In this document: positions 1-11,878 of the stretch, in pieces | Layout of the letters: each line of letters starts with the position of its first letter | Position numbering within the stretch: the first letter of the stretch is position 1 | Assembly: GCA_036172245.1 (NCBI GenBank) | Contig: JAYWIR010000062.1 | Location: forward strand, 1 to 64,000 | Length of the DNA stretch: 64,000 nucleotides | Source: Raillietiella orientalis | Lineage: Eukaryota | Reading direction: 5' to 3' | Notes under the pieces: model-generated | Database searches by the model: none | What the model was told of the DNA's origin: nothing | The model's input: only the letters and a program-made list of their open reading frames with translations | Position numbers and translations under genes: made by a program

Positions 1-156
1 ACGCTTTGCAGAGATCGACGGCGACCGCTAAGGCTCCCGGCGCTCCATCGTGCCTTGAACACCGCCGCTTAGCTTCGGCAGCGGGAATTTCGCCTGCCTG
101 GCTCTGCTGCGCCACGCGCTGCTGCAACTCGAACCATGCCTTCGGAGGCGGCGAAC
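1..156 (-). mobile_element. Tx1-like ORF2 RT fragment (host of the next element)
   Basis: Minus-strand translation gives FAAS..WFELQQR...GALAVAVDLCKA, matching the region before RT motif A in other copies. Confidence 0.75.
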
Positions 157-1197
157 GGCGGACGCAATTGTTGTGCGCTCCGTGGATAGGGAGTTTTTCT
201 TTTCTGGTGTTTCGTGTGTGTTTCGCGGCCGTTGACAGGCAGAAATGCCTGTGAACGCCGCAGTTTCAGGTGAGGGAGGCGGGAAGACCGCATCACCCAA
301 GCCAAAGGAGTACGGATCACGCCCCACCACTTCTTCTTTACCCGCCACTACGGCGAGGGCCTGGAGCGCGGTGGCAGCGGCGGAAACGCCCGATGTCGCC
401 GCCGAAATCCAATCCTACATCCAGGAGGGCTACAATCCGGCCCTCCTGTACAAGGTAGAATATTTATATTCCCCGTCTAGGGCGCGAAAGTTTGGCAGTT
501 CCATCAAAAAGATGGGCATTGCCGACGATGAAATTCTTTGTTTGTCAATACGGAGCAGAGAGCAGTTGGCGGAGCTCATCTGCAAGGATGCAGCTCTCAC
601 CCACAAGATGCTCTTCACGCCCGTACAATTTGAGGGCAGGAATTTACTCCCAGACACGGTGGACCACTCCTTTGTGTTCCACCTAACAGGGACAACAGTG
701 CGGATGGATGAGAACGCCAGCCGCGCTGAACCCGGAAAATTCGCTAGCGTTTTCGCGATGTGGAGAAAGCCCAACACCTTCGGAGTGAATGGTGCATTTA
801 GTGGGCGAGTAGGCGCGCGCGTGATGCTTCGCGAAAGCGTACAGCTTCCCCACAAGCTCCAAATTGGCGACGAGTTCGTCGACATTAGGTTTGTGGGGAA
901 ACCTAAATTCTGTGGCAATTGTAAAACGTTCGGACATTTGAAAAAGCGGTGCCCGGACGCAGTTTGCCCAACGTGCGGCGCGAAGGGCCACACCAAAGTG
1001 GTGTGCCCGATGAACGTCGCTGCAACGCCGGAAATTCCGCAAAAGAAGGAAGGGAAGGCAAAAATAGTAATAAACCCCACAAAAGGGGATCAGCCGTCGG
1101 CTCCGACAAAAGTCGCGCAGCAGGAAAGGGACTCGGTACAGGAGCTCCCGGAAAAGACTGCCGACGAGGAAGGCTGGCAGCTGGTCACCCGCAAAGT
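157..1197 (+). mobile_element. Tx1-like element 5' part: 5' UTR plus 3'-truncated ORF1 (ATG 245)
   Basis: GGACG 5' motif at 160. ORF1 has RAWSAVAA, GYNPALLYKV and two CCHC knuckles (CGNCKTFGHLKKRC, CPTCGAKGHTKVVC). Breaks at a foldback junction. Confidence 0.85.
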
Positions 1198-1210
1198 AAC
1201 TTTGCGGGTG

Positions 1211-1550
1211 AGAACAATGAGGGGTTATACCCCTCCTCTACATAGGCCCACAATTCCGCCGCGGCTGCAGGCGATGGCACCGACACAACGGCGCTCCACA
1301 CCCGCGCTGCAGCGGGGACCGATTCTGTAAGGGCGGATGCCCCCACCTCCATCGCCTCTGGGGGCGAAGTTGCCGCCGCCCCCTGGCTCTCCATCGCCTC
1401 TGAAGGCGGCGTTGCCGCTGCCTCCTGGCCATCCCTAGTGGTCGCGTCAGATATCGCCGCCTGATCGACCACCGAACCACACGACGCTTGCACTGGAGGA
1501 GACTTCCTGGCACGAGGAGCACCGAGAAAACACGTCCACCCTGGAGCACA
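1211..1550 (-). mobile_element. Subfamily K 5' end (5' UTR plus ORF1 N-terminus), inserted at the KAFD site
   Basis: Near-identical to 25977-26315 and 48930 onward. Abuts plus-strand KAVDCVNQDLLLEL. Confidence 0.9.
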
Positions 1551-3623
1551 CAAGGCGGTCGACTGCGTGAATCAGGATCTCCTCCTGGAGCTCCTGGAAC
1601 GCCTCAGTCTCCCGGTGTACCTCGTGGCCTATTTGCGCGCTTGCTGACGCCACGCGCTCATTTCCATCTCTTTTAGCGGCTGCCATGTGTACGGCTAGAC
1701 GGTGCGGCGGGGTATCAGGCAGGGCGACAGCTTAAGCCCGTTGCTCTTTAGCATCTTCTTTGAGTTCATGCTGAGGGCGTGCAGCTGATGCTGACCAACC
1801 TTCCGAGCTTTATTCCAGGAACGCCGTTTGTGTCGGCGTATGCTGACGACCTGTCTCTCCTTTTACCCATGACTATCCCAGCGTCCAGTCTCGAGTTTTT
1901 CTTCGAGTTGATTCGCCGGGGAGCGGGCATGGGTGTAAACAGGAGCAAGAGCGTGGTCGTTCCTATTGGTGCGGCGTGGGAGGGGAAGTCCGACTGGATC
2001 CGCCTGGGGATCCCCACCGCCTCGTCCACCCAATATCTGGGCGTTCCGCTAGGGAAAATCAGCCCAGTAAAAGAGTGATCGGATTGCCTTCGGAAGGCTA
2101 CGAATGCCCTGAGCCCGTTCCACCAAGGCAGGTTCGTCCTGCCAGAGCGGGCCACGATATGGAACACCTTCGTTGCCCCCCTCCTGCGCCTCCTGCTTTT
2201 TGTTTGCCCGCCCCCCTACTCGGCCAAGCTCCAGGCGCACAGCCTGTTGAGGAACGCTCTGTGGGGACCTGCGAGGTCCAGGATACGCCTTGAAGACTTG
2301 GCGGCTCCGCGTCGGGATGCTGGCTTAAGCATCCTGACGCAGGAGAGAATCGAGCTGCTGGTGCAGCTTCGAATGTTTTCCCGGTTCGCCAACCTTTGGT
2401 CCACTCCGTGGTGCGCTCCCTCGCGCCTGCTTCTGCGGCGCTGCACAGGCAGCGATGGACTTCTGTCGCTGCGGCCGCACACGGAGCGCGCCACGAGAAG
2501 CTTCGGTTTCCCCTTGAAACCGCTGTACCGGCTCCTGGAAGCCCAGGAATGGATCTCCTGCAGCCCAACGAACTTTCAAGCCTGGCGGCAGGAACCGTTG
2601 CATGGCTGGGCAAAGCACCAGGATGTTTCCCTCCTGGAACTTCGTTGCGCTCACCTGTCCCCGTATCGCACGGTGGACGAGGTGTGCAACAGTCAGGAGA
2701 AGTGGACTCCCCTGGCCGTCACGCCCCTCGCCGACGCGCTGTGAGCTCTCAGGGCAAGAGATGACAGCTGCGAATTGGCGAGATGGGAGGTCTCCTGCAC
2801 CATCGCAGGAACAACACGACCCATTGGCGGCTGGTGGACTTGCGAACTGGTGGACGCCTCCACGCCTCGCCAAGTTCCGAAGGAACTCCTTCGGTGGAGT
2901 GAACACTTAAGTGTGGCCCCCGATGAACTTGTGGTCCCTCCCTCCTGTTTGAACACTTCTGTGTTTTCCCTTTTGTGGAAGCAGGACGTCATCATGCTGA
3001 TGCATTGTGGTTTTCACTCCAACCAGCGGACTAACCGTGTTTCCGGGTGAGTTTTCTTCCCAATCTGCAAGCGGTGCGGGGTAGTCGAAACGCTTTGCAC
3101 CTGCTCCTAGACTGCAGTGCCCTCCTAGGACTTTGGCGGAGTCTGGCCTCAGCTCTTCTGCACCAGGGAGACACCGCGAGAGACTTGATGCGCCACTTCT
3201 TTGCACCAGGCGGCCTGTCTTTGGGTGCTGTCGTTGCAACCGTGTGTTGCACCCGCGCCATCGACAAGGCCCACCGAGAGTTGGAGAAGCTGGCCATCCT
3301 TCGTCAGCCCACCTGATTAGCCAGCACAAGCGGCCAAGTGGACTCATCTACGAGATTGCGTGAGGAGAGAGATAGCCGGCATCCATCGCCGGTTCTGAAA
3401 GGAAGGAACGGCCGAACCAAAGACCCCTGTTTTTTTCCATCCATATCTTAATTTTTATTTTGGTACAAGTGTATTTGTGGTCCCCTTGCTTGCGTTCTGA
3501 ACTTTGCTTATACCGATCTGCTTTCCGGCGATCCCACCTCCTTCGTCTCTTGTTTTTGTTTTGTCAAGGAACTGTGTTCCCGGATAGTTTACTAATAAAC
3601 GCCTTGACGCACCCTGATGATAA
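1551..3623 (+). mobile_element. Tx1-like ORF2 3' half (RT, zinc finger) and 3' UTR, degenerate
   Basis: RRGIRQGDSLSP, SAYADDL, QYLGVPL and CKRCG..HLLLDC motifs. AATAAA at 3594 followed by a decayed terminal hairpin. Confidence 0.85.
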
Positions 3624-4105
3624 ACAGCCGACCCCAGCGGCAAAGATGAGTACAAGGTGCGCACCGTGTTGCTGGAAACCCTTAAGCGCTTCTGGCTGGC
3701 CGATATGAACTTGCGGAAGATACACCTGATAGTTGCCGATTTTAATCTCCGTCTTGTTTCAGGTGGGCCTCTGATACATTCCAGAGAATGTGCTCTCAAG
3801 ATGTCTATCCCATGAGACACCTGTGAACACGACTTCTGGAAATAATGATGCAGAACGCGGAGAAATTTTCAACCTTAGGCACGGCATCGGTCGTCATTGC
3901 GCTGCATGTTTTCAAGACAGGAGATGACAGTAGCCAATCGTCGAGTTGGAAAGTTTCCTGCATTCTCTCACGAGACACGATACATCTCAGTGTCAGATAG
4001 ACGCTTAAGTTGATGAATGCTTCCTCTGCGCGTTCTGTGGCAAAGGCATTCCAGTTGTGGGAAGAAATTTTCAGTGTTGCCCATGAAGAAGTAATGCTGG
4101 TCCCT
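3624..4105 (+). mobile_element. Highly decayed Tx1-like EN and C-terminal fragments
   Basis: PSGKDEYK..LETLKRFWLADMNLRKIHLIVADFNLRL near 3630-3760, then C-terminal-like LWEEIFSVAHEEV. Confidence 0.6.
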
Positions 4106-4109
4106 CATT

Positions 4110-6050
4110 TATTGGCCAGTTTGTTGTTGCCCCTTGCCTAGAAACAGCGCATAATGCTTTTCGTCACTGGAAATTCCAGAGCAACGAGCGGTGGCATCGA
4201 GTTTTCGGAGGGGATTCTTCACTTCTTTGAACTTCCAGACCGCATCGCTTTTGGGGTGCCAACTTCCCAGCGACTCAGTAACGAGTGTATCTACTTCGAC
4301 CGTTGAGCTCTGTGCCTCATAGTCAAGCATCGTGCATTGGTATTTGGTGATCGTACTATTCCTAGCAACACAGGGCGACTTCTTCCTGTTTTCAAATGTG
4401 ATCGCCACATCATCGTCACATCACACGCTGTCCATCGCAATCTAGTTGCTCTGGTCAGACGGCATTGTTGATGTCCGGATCCCAACGGTTGATTGCCAGC
4501 TGCTGGTCGATTGACAATTCATTACGAGCGTTCGCATTATGGATGCCTAACGCCGCATTGTGTTTGTCCGCTATCCTAGTACCCAGATGTTGGTTGCAAT
4601 AGCAAACTACATGGCCAATGTCTCCTCCGGATACACATAATGTCCGCATACCTCTCTAAGTCTCGGACCTTGATATTGCCATTCAGGGTCAATTCATACC
4701 GTCGGGAAATTTGTGTTAACCGCCAGTCGCTGAGGCGTAATAACTCACTGCGCTCCTGGAAAAACAGGGACGCAGAGTGGAGCACAACGCAATCGATCGT
4801 GGGCACTTGATCAGACTCCGCAACTACAGTCTAGCTTTTGTGGAGGCTACCAATTCCACTGTGGTTCATACCACAACATTGTGTTCACTCTCCTGAAGAC
4901 TCCGATTGGTAGGGTTATCTTCACTACCCTGCGGATGTAGTTCCACTTAATGCCAAGTCTCTTCTACGCTTGCTGGGCACGGGACCAAACGTTTGCAGCA
5001 TCCCATCTTGAGTGATGCAGTGGTGTAGCAAGATGTTCCGTCAGATATGCAGAGAAAAGTTATGCATCTGTCAGCTGTTTCACTTTTTGTCAGATGGTTT
5101 TATTCAGAGAGTATTTGGAAAGCTGACGAATATCCGGATCAGGGAACGCAAAGAGTTAAACGTGGAGTCAGTGGACATCATATCAAACTGCTCCGCTAAG
5201 ATAAGCATCCCCAGGAATCCTTGTTTCATAAAACCGTACAGATGTTTTTCTACTGAGCACTTTGTTTCTTTGTATTGGTTCTGTGTCTTCGAGGAAATTT
5301 AATCATTTTTATTAGCGCTGAGACTGCTATGCAGCCATCACTCCTCTTGAAAAAGTGCATCGGTTTCTTGAATGCTTAGTTTAATGGACAGCATCGACTG
5401 ATATTCGGTTCTTAGTGAAGCTGTGATGGGTGTGTTGCCCACATATGCAATGGCAAACATGCTCCCCAGCTCTCTTTAAGACTGAACAAACATTTCCTTA
5501 AACCTTTGCTTGTCGGCTGCGTAGCTGATCCAGATTTTCCCCTTTTATGGCCTGCATTCAACTGGATCCAGCATTTCTCGTAAGTTGAATGCCAATTGCG
5601 CTTTCTGCAACGCTTGCTGCAGTCGAAAGCAAACAAATCTTATCACATCCCTTGTATTCATCTCTAGCATACTTCGCTTTCCTGACCTGCTGTTGCTGCG
5701 TTGCAGGTTCGGTGTGCATCAGAAAACAATCTGAGAAGAACTGTAGAGGAATCATGATGCTCAAGATGCACATGGTGAGAATATTTTCCGATTGATAGAG
5801 TTCGAATCAGTCGAATTGCTACAACCTGCTCTATATTTATTTGTTTGGAGGATGGAGTAGGCTTGCACTCTCGAATTTGAACACTTGCTTTTCAAATGAT
5901 GTTTAAGCGCTTCAGGTCTTCCCTGTTTCCTTGCACTTTGTAAGCAGTTTGCATTCCTGGCTGCCCATCTTGCTTGCCTACAGATGGCAAGTCGTTCCTG
6001 AAAAGAGCGATGTTTCTTTCTGCATTTGAACGCGAAACTGCTTTTCTGGG
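4110..6050 (-). mobile_element. Decayed NeSL/Utopia-type non-LTR retrotransposon (RT plus restriction-like endonuclease)
   Basis: Collinear minus-strand remnants: NVWSRAQQA.KRLGIKW; ASLFF..LLRLSDWRL....LTLNG; ETL/GHVVCYC..H....KHNA; PD; DVAITFEN....ARN.TITKY...VEVDTLVTESLGSWHPKSD. These are RLE-clade signatures. The RT end (boundary near 6050) is approximate. Confidence 0.75.
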
Positions 6051-6109
6051 ATTCCTATGCTGCGACTTCGCTGCTACTGTCCTCAGTTTATCTTGTTGTA
6101 ACTTAACCG

Positions 6110-6200
6110 AAGCTACCTTGCCTAACCTTACCTTACCTAACACATACCTTCTTACCTAACCTAACCTAAGCTGAAATAACTTTACTTGACTTAACCTACC
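6110..6200 (-). repeat. Degenerate (TTAGG)n/(CCTAA)n microsatellite
   Basis: cctaaccttaccttacctaa ... acctaacctaacctaa. Confidence 0.7.
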
Positions 6201-6354
6201 CAAATAAACCCAGTTTCCTTTTGCGTATTGTAAGTGTGTCACTTGAAACTTCTTAATAAGATTTCTTCATTTCTTTTGTTTGCATTTTATTGTTTCATTT
6301 TAGTAATAAGCAGTAGAGTGTTAACGCGAGAAACTTCACTTTTTCCCTGCTTAC

Positions 6355-6757
6355 TTGTCGGTGGTCGCCCAGGATGTCTAGCAGTGTTCTTATAAACTCA
6401 TGGCTGCTGTAATTATTATCTCTAAGAAGTCTCAGTAGATGTATGATTTTCGAGATTCCATTGTATCGAAGAAACATTCTCATATTTGCATCTAGGAACG
6501 GTATTGTATTGATGTCGGCATCCTGCACTGTTTCATAGATAAACGCCTTATATTCGTCGCTGATGAATATGTGATAATATGAACTCCTAGACATCCACGC
6601 GTGCAGTAGTTCGAATTCATACAAGAGCGTCCTATAGTCATAACGTTGCTCATCTAGAACGTGAAGCATCCTGGCAGGAAAACCTAAAATTTGAGAAATG
6701 TTAAAGTTATATAATATTTAGTTGTATACCTTCTTGGAAGTGTGTCACTGGAGATTT
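6355..6757 (-). CDS. Possible host gene exons (6355-6683 plus a small upstream exon ~6730-6757), unknown product
   Basis: AT-rich open exon bounded by ttttag acceptor (6684-85) and gtaagc donor (6354). A 46-nt GT..AG intron (6684-6729) is phase-compatible with the upstream exon. Confidence 0.4.
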
Positions 6758-7164
6758 CTATAAGATGGAGCTTAGTAGTGTAAGTGAAACTGAGAACTAA
6801 AGTTTGAAAAGTTGAATTGGTTTCCTAGGTTATGCTGCAATTCTGTTCCTTGTTTTGTTGATATGGTACATTCTCGCATGCACTCAGTGTTGCAAGTCTC
6901 ACCGATTTCTTCATTTTCTCATGCCGAATGTGATTTTGTTTTTTTTTTTTCAATATAGTTTTGCAGAAAAGCAGTTCAGTTGGTATTCGTTGACAACAGA
7001 TCTGAATTTTTGTTGACTTCTTCAAAGTTGCACTCCTAGAAATAGTTCTAGAATATAATTTTCTTGAAGTGAGAAATCCTTTATGAAACTTAACGACATT
7101 ATTCACCTAAAGTTGAACAAGAAGTTTGTGCAGCTCCTCAACAGTCTCACTCCAGGTTTTGGCG

Positions 7165-7770
7165 ATGTCACTCCGATACACCGAAACGTTTATTTAAAAA
7201 CTCTTGTATGGTCAACACAAAAAACGTGTTACAAGGTCTCAAAACCGACCATGCAACACAGGATCTGCCGGGACGCCGACACGCAGCCCGGTGTGACTCT
7301 CCTTGGCAGTGGAAAGGGATGGGTGAGAAAACGAAAATAAAAATAAAACTGAGAGAAAAAAAAAAAGTTTAGGGTGCTGGAAAGGGATAAGGGTCCATCC
7401 TTCGCAGGATGCACTCGAGGTCCATTCGCATCTGTCTCAGTTGGGACAATCCAGCAGCTCTCTGCATAAAGCGAAGAACATACGGGATAACTTCCTTCTC
7501 GTTGGATTCAACACCTTCGTCCTCGGCATCACTCTATGCCGCCTCCATGCCCCGGATGCATCGAAGCACTGCAAGGGCAGAGGCGGACTGCAGGACTTCC
7601 CACACGAACAGGAGTCGTTGAACGTTTCTAGGTACGCTGCCCACTTGGAGCCCGATTGTCCAGTCAAAATGTTACCAAAGGGGCGGGATGGCAACACAAT
7701 CAACAAGGAGTTGGGAGAAGGATTCACGCTCCCTGCACCTGGCACACTTAGGCTTAACTCTCCCCAGTCC
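7165..7770 (-). mobile_element. Old Tx1-like 3' fragment ending at a GFG site
   Basis: CARCRERESFSQLLVDC zinc finger, 3' UTR, AATAAA and decayed hairpin. Flank 7125-7164 reads QLLNSLTPGFG on plus. Confidence 0.8.
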
Positions 7771-10470
7771 TTGCCCGTGTCCTTCTAGAGAGCGGAGGTA
7801 GTTTGGCATTGCTCAGCGGTCTAGTTAGTGCGAAGGTTTTCGGTGGTTTTGTCTGGTGTGTAGGAGCACTGGTGTCCCATGGCAGAAATGCCTGAGGACA
7901 CCGCAATGGAAATTGAGGGAGGAGAGGCGACTTGCTCTCTACTTCCCATGAAAGTGGGGCGTCCGCCCCCACGGAATCCGGGGCACTTGCCCCATTGGAA
8001 TCGGGGGCAACCGCCCCTTCGCGACTCTCTTCGCCAGGGGCGAGGAGTTGGAGTGCCGTCGTTGCTGCACCATCCCCGGCTGCAGTAGCGGAGTAGACTG
8101 CCTACAAGGACAGTGGCTACAAACCGTTGCTGGATCTACAAGGTAGGAAGTGTGTTCGACGAGAAAACTGCACGCTCCTTTGAAATGGAGCGTCAAAGAC
8201 TGAATGTGAGGGTGGAAGACCTCGAGGGCCTATGCGTCCTTAGTGGGGGACAGCAAGTTGAGCTGACATGCAGAGAGACAAGTTTGGCGCAGCGCCTGCT
8301 GAACACCCCGACTACGGTGAACGGCCGAAGGATCTTCCCTGTGACGGAGGACCTCTCCGTCTTGGTCCACCTTACGGGCGTAACACTCCGGATGGACAAA
8401 ACCAGCGTCCATGAGGAGTTGTCAAAACACAGTAGTGTGCACGCGTATTGGGCCAAACCCAATGTCTTCCAAACGAAAGGAAGGCTATTCAGTGGGATGG
8501 CCGCTACCCGCGTCACACTACCGGAGAATGGTGGGTTTCCCAACAAACTAAATTTCGGCGAAGAAAAAGTCGATGTTTGGTACGTGGAAAAGCCCAAGTA
8601 TTGTGGCCATTGCGATGCTACAGGGCACTTGAAAAAACGGAGCCCTAACATCGAATGTCACTTATGTGGAAATAAGGGCCACATACGAAAGCTGTGTCCA
8701 ATATGAGAAATTTCGGTCCCACCCGCAGCCAAAAAGACAAAGGGGAAACGGGTGGGAGAGACGAATACCATTTAGCAGGCTGTAAGGAGCCAGATGCCAG
8801 TCCCTAAGCCATCCCAGCAAACGTCGGTTGAGAGCATTCCCGACGACGCTGGCGACGGCGAAGGCTGGCAGATGGTACAGCCCAGAAGAAAGCCCGGGAG
8901 TCCCGAACGAAGCGCGGGGAAAACAAAAACGCAGCGCGAAAAACCGTGCCGCGAAAAACTCCGCACTTGTTCGGTAAAATTAGAGCGTGTGGAGGCATTC
9001 GATACCACCACCGGGGAAGCAATGCCCCTCCTCGCGTCCGCCGAAGCCGCGACGGTCGATGGGGAACCCTCTGGTGAAACAGAGGGGGAACGGCGCCCCG
9101 CGCTCGACGCGATCAAGGAGGCCGCCTTCCAGTAGGCGGTGGAAGAACTCGCGGCTGAACTGCAAGGCCGTGAGAAGAACTCGCAGAAAGGCTTACGAAG
9201 ACCGGCCAAGAGGAAGGCTCCGGATGCAGGTGAGGCCGAACCGGATGCCGGAAGTGCGTCCTTCTCAACGGAGGCGCCACCAAAGAAGACGGGACGCAAG
9301 TCCCAGAATCCCAGGCGGCGCATACGGATCAAGAAGGAGGAGGATGAACTGACACCCAAGGTTGAAGCCAGCAGCGTGGGAGGCGAGGGTGGGAATCTCT
9401 CATTTCTCGACACCGTGCAGCTGGCGACCCCAATAGAAGAGGAAGTGCAGGTGGGTGGAACCCCCCCTCCCTCTGCACGGCCCTGACGAAGATTCGGCCC
9501 CCATGGAGGAGGGAGAAGCGGTGCGCGACGCACCCCCTCTTCCTAGCGTCCCGCCCGACAAGGTGGCGGGAGCCTCATTGCCACTTTCCCAAAATTAACA
9601 GCTGGGCTCTCCTGTCGCCATAGGATCCGCTTAGCCTGCTGGAACGTCAACCGGCTGCGCGACGACGGCAACAGGCAGGATACAGCCGACACCCTGCGCG
9701 ACTTCGACCTGGCGCTCCTGCAGGAGATCCACGTGATCACCGCGGAGAACGCCCAGGAGATCGAGAGAATCGCAGGAGGTTTTGGCAATGCGGCGCTCGC
9801 AACACCTGTGGCGTCGCCTTTTTTATGAAGTCAGCAGTCGCCGCCTCCGTCAAGGACGTACGCTTCGATAACGACAGTCGTGTTGGCCAGCTTATCATCA
9901 GGTGGTTCGACTCGATCGACCTTGTCGTGACCAATGTGTACGCTCCGAGCGGAGGATGGGGATACGGGGAACGTTCCCGGTTCCTCGAAACCCTGAAGCG
10001 CGACTGGCTGGCGGATACAAACGTACGCAAGGCACATCTGATCGGCGGGGATTTCAATATCCGCCTACTCTCAAGTGAGCCTTGCGGGCAAAAACACGCA
10101 GCCAACGAGCTGTGCGCTGCTATGCGCACGCGCAACATGTTGAGAGACATACCGGAAATGGTCCAAAGCGTAGACCACGTCTTACTTGACGCCGAGCTAT
10201 GCCCACGGGTCGGCAGACGAGGGAAACTTCCGTCGACGCTATCGGACCATTTGCCGTTGGTATTCGAGGTTATGCCTCGCGACAAAGGACCACCATCCAG
10301 GGCGTGGCATCTTCCCAGGGACTAAACGCGCATCTCAGGTGCGGCGGAACATCGCGAAGTACTAAGAGGCGTCATCCCCCGGAATCTCCAAGACTGGCAC
10401 TGCATGAAGGCCTCGGTCAGCGAGTTCTGCAAAGAGTTCCCTGTGCACCGCCTGCCAAGGAGATTTGGTG
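7771..10470 (+). mobile_element. A-like Tx1 element 5' half (ORF1 from 7879; EN to the GFG site), disrupted
   Basis: MAEMPEDTAME start, CGHCDATGHLKKR knuckles, EN motifs ACWNVN, LQE, NVYAP, GDFN, SDH. Ends at FPVHRLPRRFG. Confidence 0.9.
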
Positions 10471-11878
10471 TTGCCACCCGGGTACGCCCGGGGCGTTTAT
10501 TTTGAAACTATACAATGCGTGGTACAAGGCCTCACCACGGCCATGGAAAAGGGACCTACCGGGACGCCGGAAAGCAGCCCGGCGTGGCACTCCCCGGCAG
10601 CGAAAGGGGATGGAGGATAAAAACAAAAACAAACAAAAAATAAACAAACAAAAAGAGTTTGGAGGGCAGGGAAGGGAAAAGTGGACGCTGTGAGGAGGGC
10701 CCATCCGTCGAAGGAAGCCCTCGAGGTCTGTCCGCATACTTCCCAGATGGGGCCATCGGGCAGCTCTCCGCAAGAAGGTACTGCGTGCTGGATGACGTCC
10801 CTCTCGTTCCAATCTTCATCTTCGCTGCTGGCATCGCTCGAAGCCGCCACGATGCCTCGAACGCAGCACAGGGCTGCGAGGGCTGATGCTGGCTGCAGGG
10901 CGTCCCGCAAGAAGAGAAGGCAAAAAACGTCTCTGGGTGCACTGCCCGTAGGGAGCCCGAAGGTCGTCCCAAACCGTTTCCAAAAAGGTCGGAGGGCATC
11001 ACAATCCAATATAATGTAGGGGAGAGATTCCCGCTCCCCGCACATGGCACACGCAGAATCCACAGCTCCCCTCGTCCAGTGGAAGCGGCGCGCGTTGCAG
11101 GGTAGACCCCAATGCAACTGGAGCAACGCTGACTCTTGCTACTTAAGGGGCAGGATCCTAAATTCCTTCATTACTGGGGGCCACTTCAGCTCCTCCCTGA
11201 AGATGGCGAGCAGCTAGCCCAATCTCAAGTTTCCACGCGGCTGGACGCTCGGGGTGGTGGCGTCCGCCAGTTGACCCATGGTCCAGCCGCACATCTCCCG
11301 TCCCTCGATGCAGCAGGAGACTTGCCACCTTAGCGTCCCGCTACTGTGAAACGCGCTCCTCAGGAAGGCATCGCCGTAGCAAGGCAGGTTGTCTCGGTCC
11401 ACGTGCTTGTAGCGGGACTCTTAAAAAGATCCAGCAGCGTGCAGCGGGGATCAAGGCCGCATCGGAGACCATTCCACGTTTCGTGGCTTCTCCGGTTTAC
11501 CACAACCCAGATGCCGATGTTCTCCTCCAGCCAGACGGAGGAGTTGGGAGGGCTGCAAACCATCCAGCGGTTCTCCATGGCCAGAGTTGCCATGCGCCCG
11601 AACAGTAAGCCGCAACTTCGGATCTTCCGGCCGGGGCACAGAAGAAATGACGCAAGTCCATTGAACCGGGACACAAGGCTGGCCAGGAGGTGGGCCGGAA
11701 AGCACCAATGGGTGTTCCACATATTCGCAGCGATCGTGAAAGCATCCAGCATGCTGGCAGACCCGGATTGCCACGCTTGTCGCTCGGCTCCGGCGCGGTA
11801 TTCGGCCAGGCGACGGACATTGGGGTTCCTCTCGTGACGATGCGCGTGCAAATACGCGCGTTCGTTGCGAGCCCCATC
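10471..11878 (-). mobile_element. Internally deleted Tx1-like ORF2 (linker fused to C-terminus) with intact 3' end
   Basis: GDGARNERAYL..AWQSGSAS fused near 11745 to TIAANMW...LHWGLPCNARRFHW..CAMCG. AATAAA-hairpin at 10471-10501. Confidence 0.85.

Noticed and set aside
245..1330. Intact 361-aa gene
   Set aside because: Chimeric: after 1197 it reads through a foldback insert and the antisense strand of a K fragment.
6110..6200. Telomere or target of TRAS/SART-like elements
   Set aside because: Short, degenerate and internal. No element junction lies within it.
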